Shown: piece after piece, positions 17,594 through 27,250 of the stretch
Layout: every line of letters begins with the position of its first letter
Numbering within the stretch: position 1 is the stretch's first letter
Assembly (NCBI GenBank): GCA_964506505.1
Contig: CAZDKY010000003.1
Span: forward strand, 44,673 to 108,672
Origin: an uncultured Syntrophomonadaceae bacterium
Lineage (GTDB): Bacteria > Bacillota > Dethiobacteria > DTU022
Length of the DNA: 64,000 bases
Direction: 5' to 3'
Program-made: the position numbers and the translations under genes
The notes under the pieces: generated by a model
Databases searched by the model: none
Told to the model about the DNA's origin: nothing
Seen by the model: the letters and a program-made list of their open reading frames with translations, nothing else

Positions 17594-18676
17594 CTAATTG
17601 GTATCACTGCCTCCGGCCCCGCTGCTCTTAAGCATTTCTCGCATTCCATCAGTCTTTTTCATTTTCCCATCGGGTAAAATCCAGAGAGCTTCAAAATTGT
17701 CTAAGCTCTCAACCAGGGCATAACTTTGCTCGAAGGGAACCAGGAAAAGAGTTGTTGACATAAAATCAGCTACGGCGGCGCTGTCGGCCGCTACTGTAAC
17801 TACTCGAAAATGCTCCGCCGGCATCAGCGTTCCAGGGTCAATAAGGTGATGATAAGCTTTACCATCTACCACATAGTAACGCTGGTAATCTCCGCTGGTA
17901 TCAACGCTGCCGCCTGCCAGGTAAATAACATCGAGGAGTTTTTCTTCACCACCAAAAATCGAAGCATCGGGATCCTGCACTCCTATACCCCAACGATCCC
18001 GCTCCTCCTCCGGCGGTGTACCGATGAGGCGAACGTTCCCTCCTGCACTAATGACCCCTGCTGTCAGGCCGGCGGCCTCGATTTCTTCCGCCACTATCTC
18101 CGTGGCAAACCCTTTAGCCACAGCACCAACATCAATGCTCATCCGTGAATCGGCAAGAAAAACAGTATTTTTTTCTGCATCTACGATTACCTGATCCAGA
18201 TCAGTGTAACTGGAGGCCTCAATTAGGTCTTCCAGCGGTGGGACTTGGGCACCGGCAGGGTCGTAATCGGCTTCAATGCGGTAGTGATGCCAGATTTTTA
18301 AAACCGATCCCATGGCTATATTGGTTATGCCACCCGTACGGGTATGCATTTGCTTACTGAAAAGAATTAAATCAATGATTTCCGGCGCCACTTCAACAGG
18401 TTTAATCCCGGCATTATCATTGACAGTTTTGAGGTTGCTAACTCCTTCGTAATTTAGATAAATATCATAAAGCCGGTGCAATTCCATATATCGATCATGG
18501 ATCTGATCCAGGTATCGATCAAACTCTTCCTCGTTGTCCGCATAAGCGACCACCCTGACAAGGGTATCGAAAGTATCAAAAAATGAATCGGTATATTTAT
18601 GTTTGACGGGTTGTTCCGCTCCTGAGCATCCGGCAATAAATAAGCTAAACATCATTATCAGTATGATTTTTTTCAT
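17594..18676 (-). CDS. apbE: FAD:protein FMN transferase (ApbE/Ftp family), lipoprotein
   Basis: Lipoprotein signal MKKIILIMMFSLFIAGCSG and ApbE-like core (..DVGAVAKGFATEIVAEEI.., ..DTSGDYQRYY..). I preferred the ATG at 18676 over the ORF-track start at 18766 because it has a GAGGGA ribosome-binding site. Confidence 0.75.
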   Translation of the reverse strand: MKKIILIMMFSLFIAGCSGAEQPVKHKYTDSFFDTFDTLVRVVAYADNEEEFDRYLDQIHDRYMELHRLYDIYLNYEGVSNLKTVNDNAGIKPVEVAPEIIDLILFSKQMHTRTGGITNIAMGSVLKIWHHYRIEADYDPAGAQVPPLEDLIEASSYTDLDQVIVDAEKNTVFLADSRMSIDVGAVAKGFATEIVAEEIEAAGLTAGVISAGGNVRLIGTPPEEERDRWGIGVQDPDASIFGGEEKLLDVIYLAGGSVDTSGDYQRYYVVDGKAYHHLIDPGTLMPAEHFRVVTVAADSAAVADFMSTTLFLVPFEQSYALVESLDNFEALWILPDGKMKKTDGMREMLKSSGAGGSDTN

Positions 18677-18768
18677 GTTAATCCCTCGTAATATTAATTC
18701 GCCGTTATAAAACACTCCCCTGCCTGAACAGGGGAGTGTTTGTTTCCATCCACTTTTAGGGGGCATTA

Positions 18769-19884
18769 TTACCTGGCATTTTCAGCCGCTTCAGCAACTG
18801 CGGCCAGATAACTTTCGACTGTAATGGTGACCAGGGTTTCCAGCTCGGGGACATCGGGAACATGCTGGTGTGCTTCATCCCTGGTTTTTACCGGCATACC
18901 GGTGATCTCATCTATTGTCTTGCCAACCATCCATTCCTCAAGCGAGGCAATCTGCTCATACCACTCTTTGCCTATTTCTGAGATATTACCCATACCGTAG
19001 TCATCACCGAGCTGCACTTTAGTTTTCGGCGCTGCCGACTTATCGGAAGTGACAGTACCTTCGGCATCATAGTTGATTCTGATCTGGGCATTGTCAATCT
19101 GGGCTCCGACAACTACACCTTCAGCATCAAAAGCCACTGCAGCCATAACCGTATCGACCTGGGCCAAGGGATTAACCTCAGCATCTTCATCAAGCCCCAT
19201 AGACCTGGCTGTTGATATATTCTGCCCCAGGCCGGCTGTCACTGCGCCCTCAACTTCAATTGCATTGTTGTAAGCATACTCGACAGCGGCAATGTAATCT
19301 TCCACAGTGATGGTAACCAGGGTCTCCAGTTCGGGAACATCGGGGACATTCTGATGAGCTTCATCCCTGGTTTTAACCGGCATATTTTTGATTTCTTCAA
19401 TAGTTTTGCCGATCATCCAGTTTTCAAGTTCATTCATCTGTTCATACCACTCTTTACCTATTTCGGAAATGTTACCCATTCCGTAATCATCGCCCCGTTC
19501 ACGCTTCGTTTCCGCCGGCTGGGAAATATCGGTGGAAACCTGCATTCCTTCGTCAAAAGCAACGCGGGTCTGGGCATTGTCAATGGTCACGCTGACTACT
19601 TTCCCTTCTGCATCAAAGAGGACAGCTGCCATCACAACATCTGCCTGAGCTGTCGGATTGATACCGGCATCAAAATCTGCATCTGTCGATTTGGCAACAG
19701 ATGTCACTACACCAAGCCCCAGTTTCTGAGTACCGTCTGTGCCGGTTTCTTCTTCAGGCTCTTCTTCCGGGGTTTCTTCAGGGGTTTCTTCCCCCGGTGT
19801 TTCTTCGACCGGAGCGTCCCCACAGCCGGCAACCAGGAAAATGGCCAGGAAAATAACCAGCAATAAACCTAATCCCTTTTTCAT
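18769..19884 (-). CDS. Lipoprotein with an acidic Pro/Glu/Thr linker and two tandem roughly 155-aa repeats of an unknown domain
   Basis: Signal peptide MKKGLGLLLVIFLAIFLVAGC, then the linker EETPGEETPEETPEEEPEEE, then two highly similar domains each containing ..VMAAVxFDAEGxVV..IDNAQ..GDDYGMGNISEIGKEWYEQ..GKTIxEI..MPVKTRDEAHQxVPDVPELETLVTITVE. GAGGAGG ribosome-binding site. Confidence 0.75.
   Translation of the reverse strand: MKKGLGLLLVIFLAIFLVAGCGDAPVEETPGEETPEETPEEEPEEETGTDGTQKLGLGVVTSVAKSTDADFDAGINPTAQADVVMAAVLFDAEGKVVSVTIDNAQTRVAFDEGMQVSTDISQPAETKRERGDDYGMGNISEIGKEWYEQMNELENWMIGKTIEEIKNMPVKTRDEAHQNVPDVPELETLVTITVEDYIAAVEYAYNNAIEVEGAVTAGLGQNISTARSMGLDEDAEVNPLAQVDTVMAAVAFDAEGVVVGAQIDNAQIRINYDAEGTVTSDKSAAPKTKVQLGDDYGMGNISEIGKEWYEQIASLEEWMVGKTIDEITGMPVKTRDEAHQHVPDVPELETLVTITVESYLAAVAEAAENAR
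18772..19722. repeat. Internal tandem gene-segment duplication, two units of about 470 bp, inside the lipoprotein gene
   Basis: DNA of about 18772-19239 and 19240-19722 is recognisably similar. By eye I estimate roughly 75-80% identity over long runs, for example ..accagggtttccagctcggggacatcgggaac.. against ..accagggtctccagttcgggaacatcggggac.. The two units encode the two protein repeats. Confidence 0.7.
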
Positions 19885-20225
19885 AAAATAACCTCCTCAA
19901 TTTTTTGTTTAGCGTTACATAATAATATTCGTCCCTTTTAAGAAACGAATATAAAATAACTGTAATCCTATTAATTAGCTATCATTATTTTTATATCATT
20001 TTACATGGTTTAATAAAAATGATCAACCCCTTTTTTATAATATTTTTTCAAAGAGAGTTATAATAGTCTACGGGGGATTTATCCTGAACCAAAATTATTC
20101 TTATATTTCCTTCTTCAGGATATACCTCTAAAGCAACTGTAGGAAAAATCATTTTGGAGAACCTTGACTAACATTTGCCTATTATTATAGTATCATAATA
20201 TATAAATAATAGCAATCTATGAACC

Positions 20226-20459
20226 ATGTTAAGAAAAGCAGGCGATTTTGTGCCGAACTCTATTGCCATCATCAATTACAAACAATGCCACCCGGAACAA
20301 TGCCCCGACGGTATCTGCGTCGCTGTGCTGGCCTGTCCGCTGAAGATCCTGGTGCAGGAAGATCCTTACGATATTCCATTTGCCAATCCTTCACCATGCA
20401 AGGGATGTTCGCGATGCGTCAATGCCTGTCCCCTGAAAGCAATCACTCTCTCCAGCTAG
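20226..20459 (+). CDS. Small 4Fe-4S dicluster-domain ferredoxin-like protein
   Basis: 77 aa. Cysteine motifs CxxxxCxxxxCxxxxxCP and CKGCSRCVNACP. A TTGACT -35 box lies upstream. The 3' end overlaps the convergent PLP-enzyme gene by 17 bp. Confidence 0.65.
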   Translation: MLRKAGDFVPNSIAIINYKQCHPEQCPDGICVAVLACPLKILVQEDPYDIPFANPSPCKGCSRCVNACPLKAITLSS

Positions 20460-21411
20460 TTCCCTGTTGCCAGGGAAGATGATTGAGATCGACATTACCA
20501 CCTGAAATTATGAGGCCGATCCGATTACCCCTGATTGCTTTTCGCCTGTTAAGCAAAACGGCTGCCGGCAGGACAGCTGACGGTTCGACAACCAGCTTCA
20601 TTCTTTCCCAGAGTAATTTCATTGTCCTGATAATCACAGCATCATCAACCGTCAGTATTTCATCAACATATTTTTGGATGATCGGAAAAGTTAAATCTCC
20701 AAGGGAAGTACGCAGTCCATCGGCCACGGTATCCGGATCGCGAACAGGAATCAGATGCCCCGCCTTTAGAGAGCGATAAGCATCATCGGCGCCGGCAGGT
20801 TCGGCACCGTAAACAACCGTACTCCCTTTCAATGCAGACACGGCCAGCGATGTTCCGCCGAGTAACCCTCCTCCGCCAACCGGAGCAATAACGGCATCGA
20901 GAGAAGGCACCTCTTCCAGCAATTCCAGGGCGGCAGTAGCCTGGCCGGCAATCACCCTCAGGTCGTTATAGGGATGGATAATTACAGATCCGCTGTCCCG
21001 GGCAACAGCCTGGAGGGTTTCTTCTCTATCTTTCAGAGTAGAGCAACAGAATGTGATCTCTGCACCGTATTCTGCTACCGCTGCTTTTTTCACCGGTGCA
21101 GCATTTTCCGGCATTACAACAAAGGCTTTGATGCCCCGGCATCGGGCAGCGTATGCCAGGGCTGCGGCATGATTGCCGGAGGAATGAGTTGATACACCTT
21201 TCTCGGCGCTTTCTTCATCAATGCTGAATACGGCATTTACAGCCCCGCGGGCTTTAAATGCACCTGTCTTCTGTAAATTTTCGCATTTCAGGAATACTTC
21301 TGCATCGGCCAGCCGATTGACAGCCAAAGAAGTAAAGACGGGAGTGCGGTGTACATATGGATTAATTCTTGCTGCCGCCCTTTTTATGTCTTTTATTGTG
21401 GGCTCCTTCAA
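20443..21411 (-). CDS. PLP-dependent threonine/serine dehydratase family enzyme (fold-type II)
   Basis: PLP-lysine region ..LKCENLQKTGAFKARGAVNAV.. and glycine-rich loop VGGGGLLGG. TTG start with a GGAGAGGG ribosome-binding site. Confidence 0.8.
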   Translation of the reverse strand: MKEPTIKDIKRAAARINPYVHRTPVFTSLAVNRLADAEVFLKCENLQKTGAFKARGAVNAVFSIDEESAEKGVSTHSSGNHAAALAYAARCRGIKAFVVMPENAAPVKKAAVAEYGAEITFCCSTLKDREETLQAVARDSGSVIIHPYNDLRVIAGQATAALELLEEVPSLDAVIAPVGGGGLLGGTSLAVSALKGSTVVYGAEPAGADDAYRSLKAGHLIPVRDPDTVADGLRTSLGDLTFPIIQKYVDEILTVDDAVIIRTMKLLWERMKLVVEPSAVLPAAVLLNRRKAIRGNRIGLIISGGNVDLNHLPWQQGTSWRE

Positions 21412-21601
21412 TTTTTATCCCTCTCCTGATTATTCCGGAAAGATTTAACATAGTTACCAACCCGGGGAAAATATAAATTTACATGGAAACCACTGGCATC
21501 CTCTGCCAATCTTCCAGGTATTGCTAAAAACCTGAATTTTATAAAGAAGGTTATTGCCTGCTCCTGCCGAATTATTCTTAGTTAATAGGGAGGATGATAA
21601 A

Positions 21602-22054
21602 ATGAAAATACTTGTCTGCACAGACGGCTCGGAAAACAGTGAAAAGGCTATTGAGGTAGCATCCGAAATGGTCGGTGATTGTTCGATTAACGAAGTGGCA
21701 ATCATCCACGTGCACGAAAGTGCTCCTTTTTTCCCCGATTACTGGCAGGGGCAATATCCCTTTTCCCCGGAAGAAGAAGCCCATCTGAAAGATTTAGATT
21801 CAAGGCTTTTCGAAGAACGGAAACAATATTTTGCTAAAGCAGTTAAAGCCTTTGAAAAACATAATATACCCGTCCGGACAATTTTTAAGATGGGACACCC
21901 TCCCGAGGTGATTTCCCAGGTTGCCGCTGATGACAATTACAACTTGATTGTTATAGGCCGGCGAGGCAACAGCGGCATTAAAAAATTATTTCTCGGAAGC
22001 GTAAGCAACGCAGTGCTACAGGCTGCCAAAACCAACGTCCTGATTGTCAAGTAA
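21602..22054 (+). CDS. Universal stress protein (UspA family)
   Basis: MKILVCTDGSENSEKAIEVA.. at the N-terminus and ..LFLGSVSNAVLQAAKTNVLIV near the C-terminus. GGGAGG ribosome-binding site upstream of the ATG at 21602. The ORF-track start at 21554 has no ribosome-binding site. Confidence 0.8.
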   Translation: MKILVCTDGSENSEKAIEVASEMVGDCSINEVAIIHVHESAPFFPDYWQGQYPFSPEEEAHLKDLDSRLFEERKQYFAKAVKAFEKHNIPVRTIFKMGHPPEVISQVAADDNYNLIVIGRRGNSGIKKLFLGSVSNAVLQAAKTNVLIVK

Positions 22055-22100
22055 TCATCGGCAATAAAAAATAGGATAACACTTTTCCACTGACCGTCGC

Positions 22101-23096
22101 TTAGTTATTTTTCAGACGGCATTCGGCATCCCGTGACACGAAGTGCGGTTTACGAGCAAGGGTATGGGTAGCCCTAACATTCCGGATAGTCCCGGTCACC
22201 CCTCTCATCACCAGGGAATGAGTTTCCGCCGTCTGCCCCCGGTAACGGACACCGTCAAGCATATCACCATCGGTTATTCCGGTGGCGGCGAAGAAAAGGT
22301 CTTCCCCTTCAGCAAGGTCATCCAGCTGGAGCAACCTGGAGAGAGATCGTTGATCGGTCCTTTGCCGCTGTGCCTCTGCTCCAGTTTCCCTCGGAACCAG
22401 GCGAGCCTGCATGTCTCCTCCCAGGATTTTTAAAGCCGCCGCTGCGAGGACTCCCTCCGGCGCGCCACCAATGCCAAAAAGAATATCCACCCCTGAATAG
22501 TCTATAGCTGTAGCGATAGCAGCTGACACATCACCATCGCTGATTAGTTTGACCCGGGCACCGGCAGCACGAATTTCAGCCATTAGTTTTTCATGGCGAG
22601 GTCTTTCAAGAATTATTGCCGTTAAATCGCTTATCTCACGCTTTTTAGCCTTTGCTACGGCTTTAAGATTATCTTCGACGGTTGCATCAAGCTCGATGCA
22701 CCCCCTGGCCTGTGGACCAACGGCTATCTTATTCATGTAGAAAATATCGGGAGCCTTCAAAAGACAGCCCTTTGGAGCGATGGCCAAAACTGCCAGAGCA
22801 TTGGGCAACCCCTTGGCCACAAGATTGGTCCCCTCCAACGGGTCAACGGCCACATCAACAACCGGCTCACTACCCGTGCCTACCTTTTCTCCAATATAGA
22901 GCATGGGGGCCTCATCTTTTTCTCCTTCTCCAATAACCACTGTGCCGTTAATATTTACCGTATCAAATACGGCACGCATGGCATCAACTGCGGCCTGATC
23001 GGCCGCCTCTTTATTACCGCGGCCCATCCACCGCCCTGAAGAAAGGGCTGCCGCTTCGGTAACGCGAACAAATTCCAGCGATAGTTCTCTTTCCAC
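22101..23096 (-). CDS. glpX: Class II fructose-1,6-bisphosphatase
   Basis: [41 protein letters not shown]. This is the typical GlpX N-terminus, and the 331-aa length fits. Confidence 0.85.
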   Translation of the reverse strand: MERELSLEFVRVTEAAALSSGRWMGRGNKEAADQAAVDAMRAVFDTVNINGTVVIGEGEKDEAPMLYIGEKVGTGSEPVVDVAVDPLEGTNLVAKGLPNALAVLAIAPKGCLLKAPDIFYMNKIAVGPQARGCIELDATVEDNLKAVAKAKKREISDLTAIILERPRHEKLMAEIRAAGARVKLISDGDVSAAIATAIDYSGVDILFGIGGAPEGVLAAAALKILGGDMQARLVPRETGAEAQRQRTDQRSLSRLLQLDDLAEGEDLFFAATGITDGDMLDGVRYRGQTAETHSLVMRGVTGTIRNVRATHTLARKPHFVSRDAECRLKNN

Positions 23097-23194
23097 AATA
23101 TTTCCTCCAATCGAGACAAGTAATTATCCGTGAACTACAGAAAGGCTATCATCACCAAAAGTATAAACGGTCCTGACAGATAGTTTGTTCATTT

Positions 23195-24421
23195 TCAGAC
23201 AGTGAATTCTTCTCTTTCCAGAGGCATGCTCATGCAGCGCGGGCCTCCTCTGCCACGCACCAGTTCCGAACCGTCAATCTCAATGACATCAACTCCATGC
23301 CGGCGCAATGTATCATTGGTCGCTTCATTGCGATCATAACCGATCACCAGGCCTGGCCTGACGGCCAGGGTATTGGTGCTGTCCCCCCACTGCTCCCTGG
23401 CAGCTGTTATTTCATCGTCCGCCCCGGAATAGATAATTTCGACATTCTTCAAATTGAGAGCTTTTCGCAGCGCACCCTGCAGGCTGTAACCATTACTAAC
23501 TTCCACCCGGTTTTCGGATCCCTTTTCCATCCAGTAAACATTAATGTTATCTCGCACCCCTGGATACATAAGAAATTTATCTGCATCAACCATCGTTAAA
23601 ACGGTATCAAGATGCATATAGGCTCGGCGGGTCGGAACCTGGACCACGATGATCTGTTTAATCAGTTCCTTCTCCACCAGGTACTTGTGGGCCACCCATT
23701 CAATGGCTTCTTCCGTAGTTCTCTCGCTGAGGCCGATCATCAGGGTATCACGATTTAAGACAAAAACATCTCCGCCCTCAATACCATATGGAATTTCTTC
23801 ATGAAAAGCAAGCTCAACATCTTTAAACAGTGGATGATATTTCTGGATTATACGCAAAAAAATTGTTTCCAATCTGCGGGCCAGCAGGAACATACTGCTC
23901 ACCTGCAACTTATTTCCAATTACCGAACCGTGATCCCGAGTAAAATACATGTTGGGAAGAGGAGCCAGGTAAAAAGGATAACTATCTGCAGTGAGGTCAC
24001 TCAAGGTGCGATATTTCTTTAAATGCTGAACTTCGTGCTTGGAAAGTCCTGCGATGATTGTCGAAACAAGCTGCTCCGGTTCCTGTTCATAAAGGTAATT
24101 ATAGATAGCATCGAGCACCTCAGGCTCGATCAAGGGGCTTGCTTTCAGATGCCTCTTGATAAGTTCACTTTTCACCTCCGGATCCTGCACAACATCAGCC
24201 AACATGTGATCCATGTAATAAACTTCGATGCCATTATCCTTCAGAGTCTCAGCAAAACCGTCGTGTTCAATCTGCGCTTTCGCCAGCCACGGTATTTCAT
24301 CAAAAAGCAGATCTTCCAGGTAACGAGGAGTCAGGTTTTTCAACTCCAGGCCAGGTCTGTGCAGCAATACTTTTTTCAATTGCCCCACTTCGGACCAAAT
24401 CTGAATTGGCTCTTTCACCAT
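23195..24421 (-). CDS. arcA: Arginine deiminase
   Basis: 408 aa. The C-terminal catalytic-Cys motif ..GRGGPRCMSMPLEREE is present, and the sequence resembles ADI throughout. Confidence 0.9.
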   Translation of the reverse strand: MVKEPIQIWSEVGQLKKVLLHRPGLELKNLTPRYLEDLLFDEIPWLAKAQIEHDGFAETLKDNGIEVYYMDHMLADVVQDPEVKSELIKRHLKASPLIEPEVLDAIYNYLYEQEPEQLVSTIIAGLSKHEVQHLKKYRTLSDLTADSYPFYLAPLPNMYFTRDHGSVIGNKLQVSSMFLLARRLETIFLRIIQKYHPLFKDVELAFHEEIPYGIEGGDVFVLNRDTLMIGLSERTTEEAIEWVAHKYLVEKELIKQIIVVQVPTRRAYMHLDTVLTMVDADKFLMYPGVRDNINVYWMEKGSENRVEVSNGYSLQGALRKALNLKNVEIIYSGADDEITAAREQWGDSTNTLAVRPGLVIGYDRNEATNDTLRRHGVDVIEIDGSELVRGRGGPRCMSMPLEREEFTV

Positions 24422-24736
24422 TGTCCCTCCCTCATATTAGTAGTATTTCCATATTCGCTAAAGTACTCTCGATTCCCTGTATTATGGAAGCCTGCTTTCA
24501 ATTTCTTCAAATATTTTTGATAAAATGTAAAAATTGCTGTAATCGTGGCGCTTTGCCTGATTAATTAATTCTGCTATTGCAATGAGTTTCAAAGTATGGT
24601 AATGTTTATTCAAGTGTTAAAAAGATGTGAATAACGCAAACTGTCTTTTAGCCCTTGCTTAGAAAGAGATAAAGGGACGGAGGTTTGACGGAAATTCCTC
24701 TTTTTGATCTATTTCTAAGTGAAGGAGACTTAAAAC

Positions 24737-24934
24737 ATGCAGGGGAAAGTAAAATGGTTTAACCCGGACAAAGGCTACGGTTTCATTGAAACTGAAGAAG
24801 GTAATGATGTCTTTGTTCATTTCTCGGCCATTCAGAGTGAAGGATTTAAAACCCTCGATGAAGGCCAGTCGGTTGAGTTTGACGTGGTTGAAGGCGAACG
24901 CGGCAAACAGGCAGCCAATGTTGTTGCCATCTAA
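24737..24934 (+). CDS. cspA: Cold-shock protein (CspA family)
   Basis: [36 protein letters not shown]1 and RNP2 motifs are present. It has a long 5' UTR typical of csp genes. Confidence 0.95.
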   Translation: MQGKVKWFNPDKGYGFIETEEGNDVFVHFSAIQSEGFKTLDEGQSVEFDVVEGERGKQAANVVAI

Positions 24935-24969
24935 ATAGGAAAACCGAAAAAGCATTGCCACAGAAGCAT

Positions 24970-25008
24970 TCCCGGTAAAAGGGAATGTTTCTGTTTTTTA
25001 TGCCAGTA
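24970..25008 (+). terminator. Rho-independent terminator of cspA
   Basis: 13-bp stem cagaagcattccc / gggaatgtttctg with one mismatch, followed by TTTTTT. Confidence 0.7.
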
Positions 25009-25185
25009 TTTATATTTAAATACGAAACAGGGAATGCCCGGATAAAAACATGGTGATGAAATTCTATAAAAATCACAGTCAGTTAAACATTTTGATAATT
25101 ATTGCATAAATGCTTGACATTCATTTACTCCAACATATAAAATACTGCTCACGACATGATCATATTGTACAGAAAGGAAAATATT

Positions 25186-26697
25186 ATGGCCAGATCCAAG
25201 TCTAAACAAAATCTCCCTGCCCCGGTAGAAAAAACGGTGCTTTACATTTCTTTGTTGCTGACTTTTCTTTTCGTGATCTGGGGAGCCGTTTTTCCGGAAA
25301 ACCTTGATATCGTAGCCGGAAATGCTCTGAACTTTTTAACCGTCAATTTCGGCTGGCTTTACCTGATCGCCGTATTCTTCGTACTTCTCTTTGTCATCGG
25401 CATTGCAGTCTCACCCTTTGGTAAAATTAAACTCGGCGGTGATGATGAAAAGCCGGAATTCAGCACTCCGGCCTGGTTCGCCATGCTTTTTACCACTGGC
25501 ATGGGTATCGGCCTCGTCTTCTGGAGCATTGCCGAACCAATTACACATTACATAAACCCTCCTTACGGAGAAGCAGGGACGGCCGCTTCCGCCGAACTGG
25601 CGATGCGCTATACTTTCTTTCACTGGGGTCTGCATCCCTGGGCTGTGTTCGCCCTTGTCGGTCTGGCCCTGGCCTATTTTCAGTTCCGCAAAGGTATGCC
25701 TGCCCTGATCAGCTCCATTTTTCAGCCCATCCTCGGCGAACGGGTACACGGACCGATCGGCAAGGCCATCGATATACTGGCCGTTTTCGCTACAGTCTTC
25801 GGGCTGGGCACTTCTCTCGGTCTCGGCACTATGCAGATTAACACCGGACTGAATATGTTATACGGCATTCCGGAGAACAATGCCATCAACATTTTGATTA
25901 TTGCCGTCATTACCGGTGTGTTTACCCTGGCTGCCGTTCTGGGTATTGAAAAAGGAATCAAATTCATCGCCAACAATACCGTTCGTCTGGCCTTGCTGAT
26001 TATGTTTTTTTTACTGCTCTTCGGACCGACACGGTCTATTTTCAACCTGCTGACCAGTACCATCGGTGATTACCTGCAAAATTTAATTTATATGAGCCTA
26101 TGGACAGATCCGATTAACGAAGAAGGTTGGATAAACGGCTGGACCGTCTTTTACTGGGCCTGGTGGATTGCCTGGGGGCCCTTTGTCGGTCAGTTTATCG
26201 CCCGTATTTCCCGCGGTCGAACCATCCGGGAGTTCATTATCGGATCGCTGGTCGCCCCAACTGCTTTCAGCTTCATCTGGCTGGCCATTTTCGGTGGTAC
26301 TGCCCTTAACCTTGATATCCTGGGCAATGCCGTTATCAGCTCGGCAGTCTCAGAAAATATTGCCAGCGCCCTCTTTGTCACGCTGGGCAATTTTCCGCTG
26401 AGCTCAATCACCTCACTTCTGGCCATCATTCTGATTGCCGCTTTCTTTATCACCTCGGCCGATTCAGGAACCTTTGTAGTAGCCATGCTTACCTCCGGCG
26501 GAAACCAGGAACCAGATCGTAAATTAAAAGCAACATGGGGCATTCTGCTGGGAGGTGTAGCCGCTGTTCTTCTCGTTGCCGGCGGACTCGGAGCTCTGCA
26601 GACTGCTTCCATTGCCTCGGCTTTTCCTTTCATGCTCATTATGCTGGTAATGTGTTACTCGCTGATGAAAAGTTTTGCCGGTGATAGAATAAAATAA
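25186..26697 (+). CDS. BCCT-family (betaine/carnitine/choline) osmolyte transporter
   Basis: BCCT signature WFAMLFTTGMGIGLVFWSIAEP. About 12 TM helices. I preferred the ATG at 25186, which has an AAAGGAAAA ribosome-binding site, over the ORF-track start at 25156. Confidence 0.85.
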   Translation: MARSKSKQNLPAPVEKTVLYISLLLTFLFVIWGAVFPENLDIVAGNALNFLTVNFGWLYLIAVFFVLLFVIGIAVSPFGKIKLGGDDEKPEFSTPAWFAMLFTTGMGIGLVFWSIAEPITHYINPPYGEAGTAASAELAMRYTFFHWGLHPWAVFALVGLALAYFQFRKGMPALISSIFQPILGERVHGPIGKAIDILAVFATVFGLGTSLGLGTMQINTGLNMLYGIPENNAINILIIAVITGVFTLAAVLGIEKGIKFIANNTVRLALLIMFFLLLFGPTRSIFNLLTSTIGDYLQNLIYMSLWTDPINEEGWINGWTVFYWAWWIAWGPFVGQFIARISRGRTIREFIIGSLVAPTAFSFIWLAIFGGTALNLDILGNAVISSAVSENIASALFVTLGNFPLSSITSLLAIILIAAFFITSADSGTFVVAMLTSGGNQEPDRKLKATWGILLGGVAAVLLVAGGLGALQTASIASAFPFMLIMLVMCYSLMKSFAGDRIK

Positions 26698-26719
26698 ATC
26701 GTATTCAGGCACATTTTAA

Positions 26720-26748
26720 AGCGGGGCAGGATATCCTGTCCGCTTTTC
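26720..26748 (+). terminator. Rho-independent terminator of the BCCT gene
   Basis: Stem gcggggcagg / cctgtccgc followed by TTTTCAT. Confidence 0.6.
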
Positions 26749-27250
26749 ATATAAAAAGAATCTTATCGCGCATATGCCGACATTGATTATTATTACTGCC
26801 TGAATAATACAAAAATATAACAAAATAGGTTTACTTTAAAATCCAAACAATCTATAATATACGTGACAAAATATTTTCATCCTTTACAGGTGGCCGGACA
26901 GAATATGCTGCGAACCAAGTTCTCCCTTGCTGCAGAACCGGCACAAACCCCAGGGGAGTAGAAAATATTTTTTTACTAATCGATAACAAAATCGCCGACC
27001 AGGGGCATAAAACCGCAAACTGACTTTGCCGACGGTCAACCAAAAGATGATGCCGGATATGGCAAAGCATTAGCCTGATTTTAAAACAATCCGGTGATAC
27101 ATTATAAATATAAACCGACCTGAAAGTAGATAACGGTTTAATCAATCCAGACCAAAGGAAGGTTATCAAAGGTTATGGATAAACTGCTGACCGGACACTA
27201 CTGTTCCACTTTTTACCTGGAAATCACTCCTGGCAAAAAGGAGACATAAA

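Noticed and set aside
18769-19884. FMN-binding (NqrC/RnfG/PplA-type) domain in the ApbE-adjacent lipoprotein
   Set aside because: Neither repeat contains the Dxx(S/T)GA(S/T) flavinylation motif. The call remains unknown domain.
26750-27250. Possible c-di-GMP (GEMM) riboswitch in the long leader of the HD-GYP regulator gene (gcaaa-containing hairpins near 27010-27090)
   Set aside because: Only isolated GCAAA-like tetraloop motifs are present. The conserved GEMM core strings (GGCAAACC...GGGACGCAAAGCC) could not be found by eye. It stays only as a suggestion to run Infernal.
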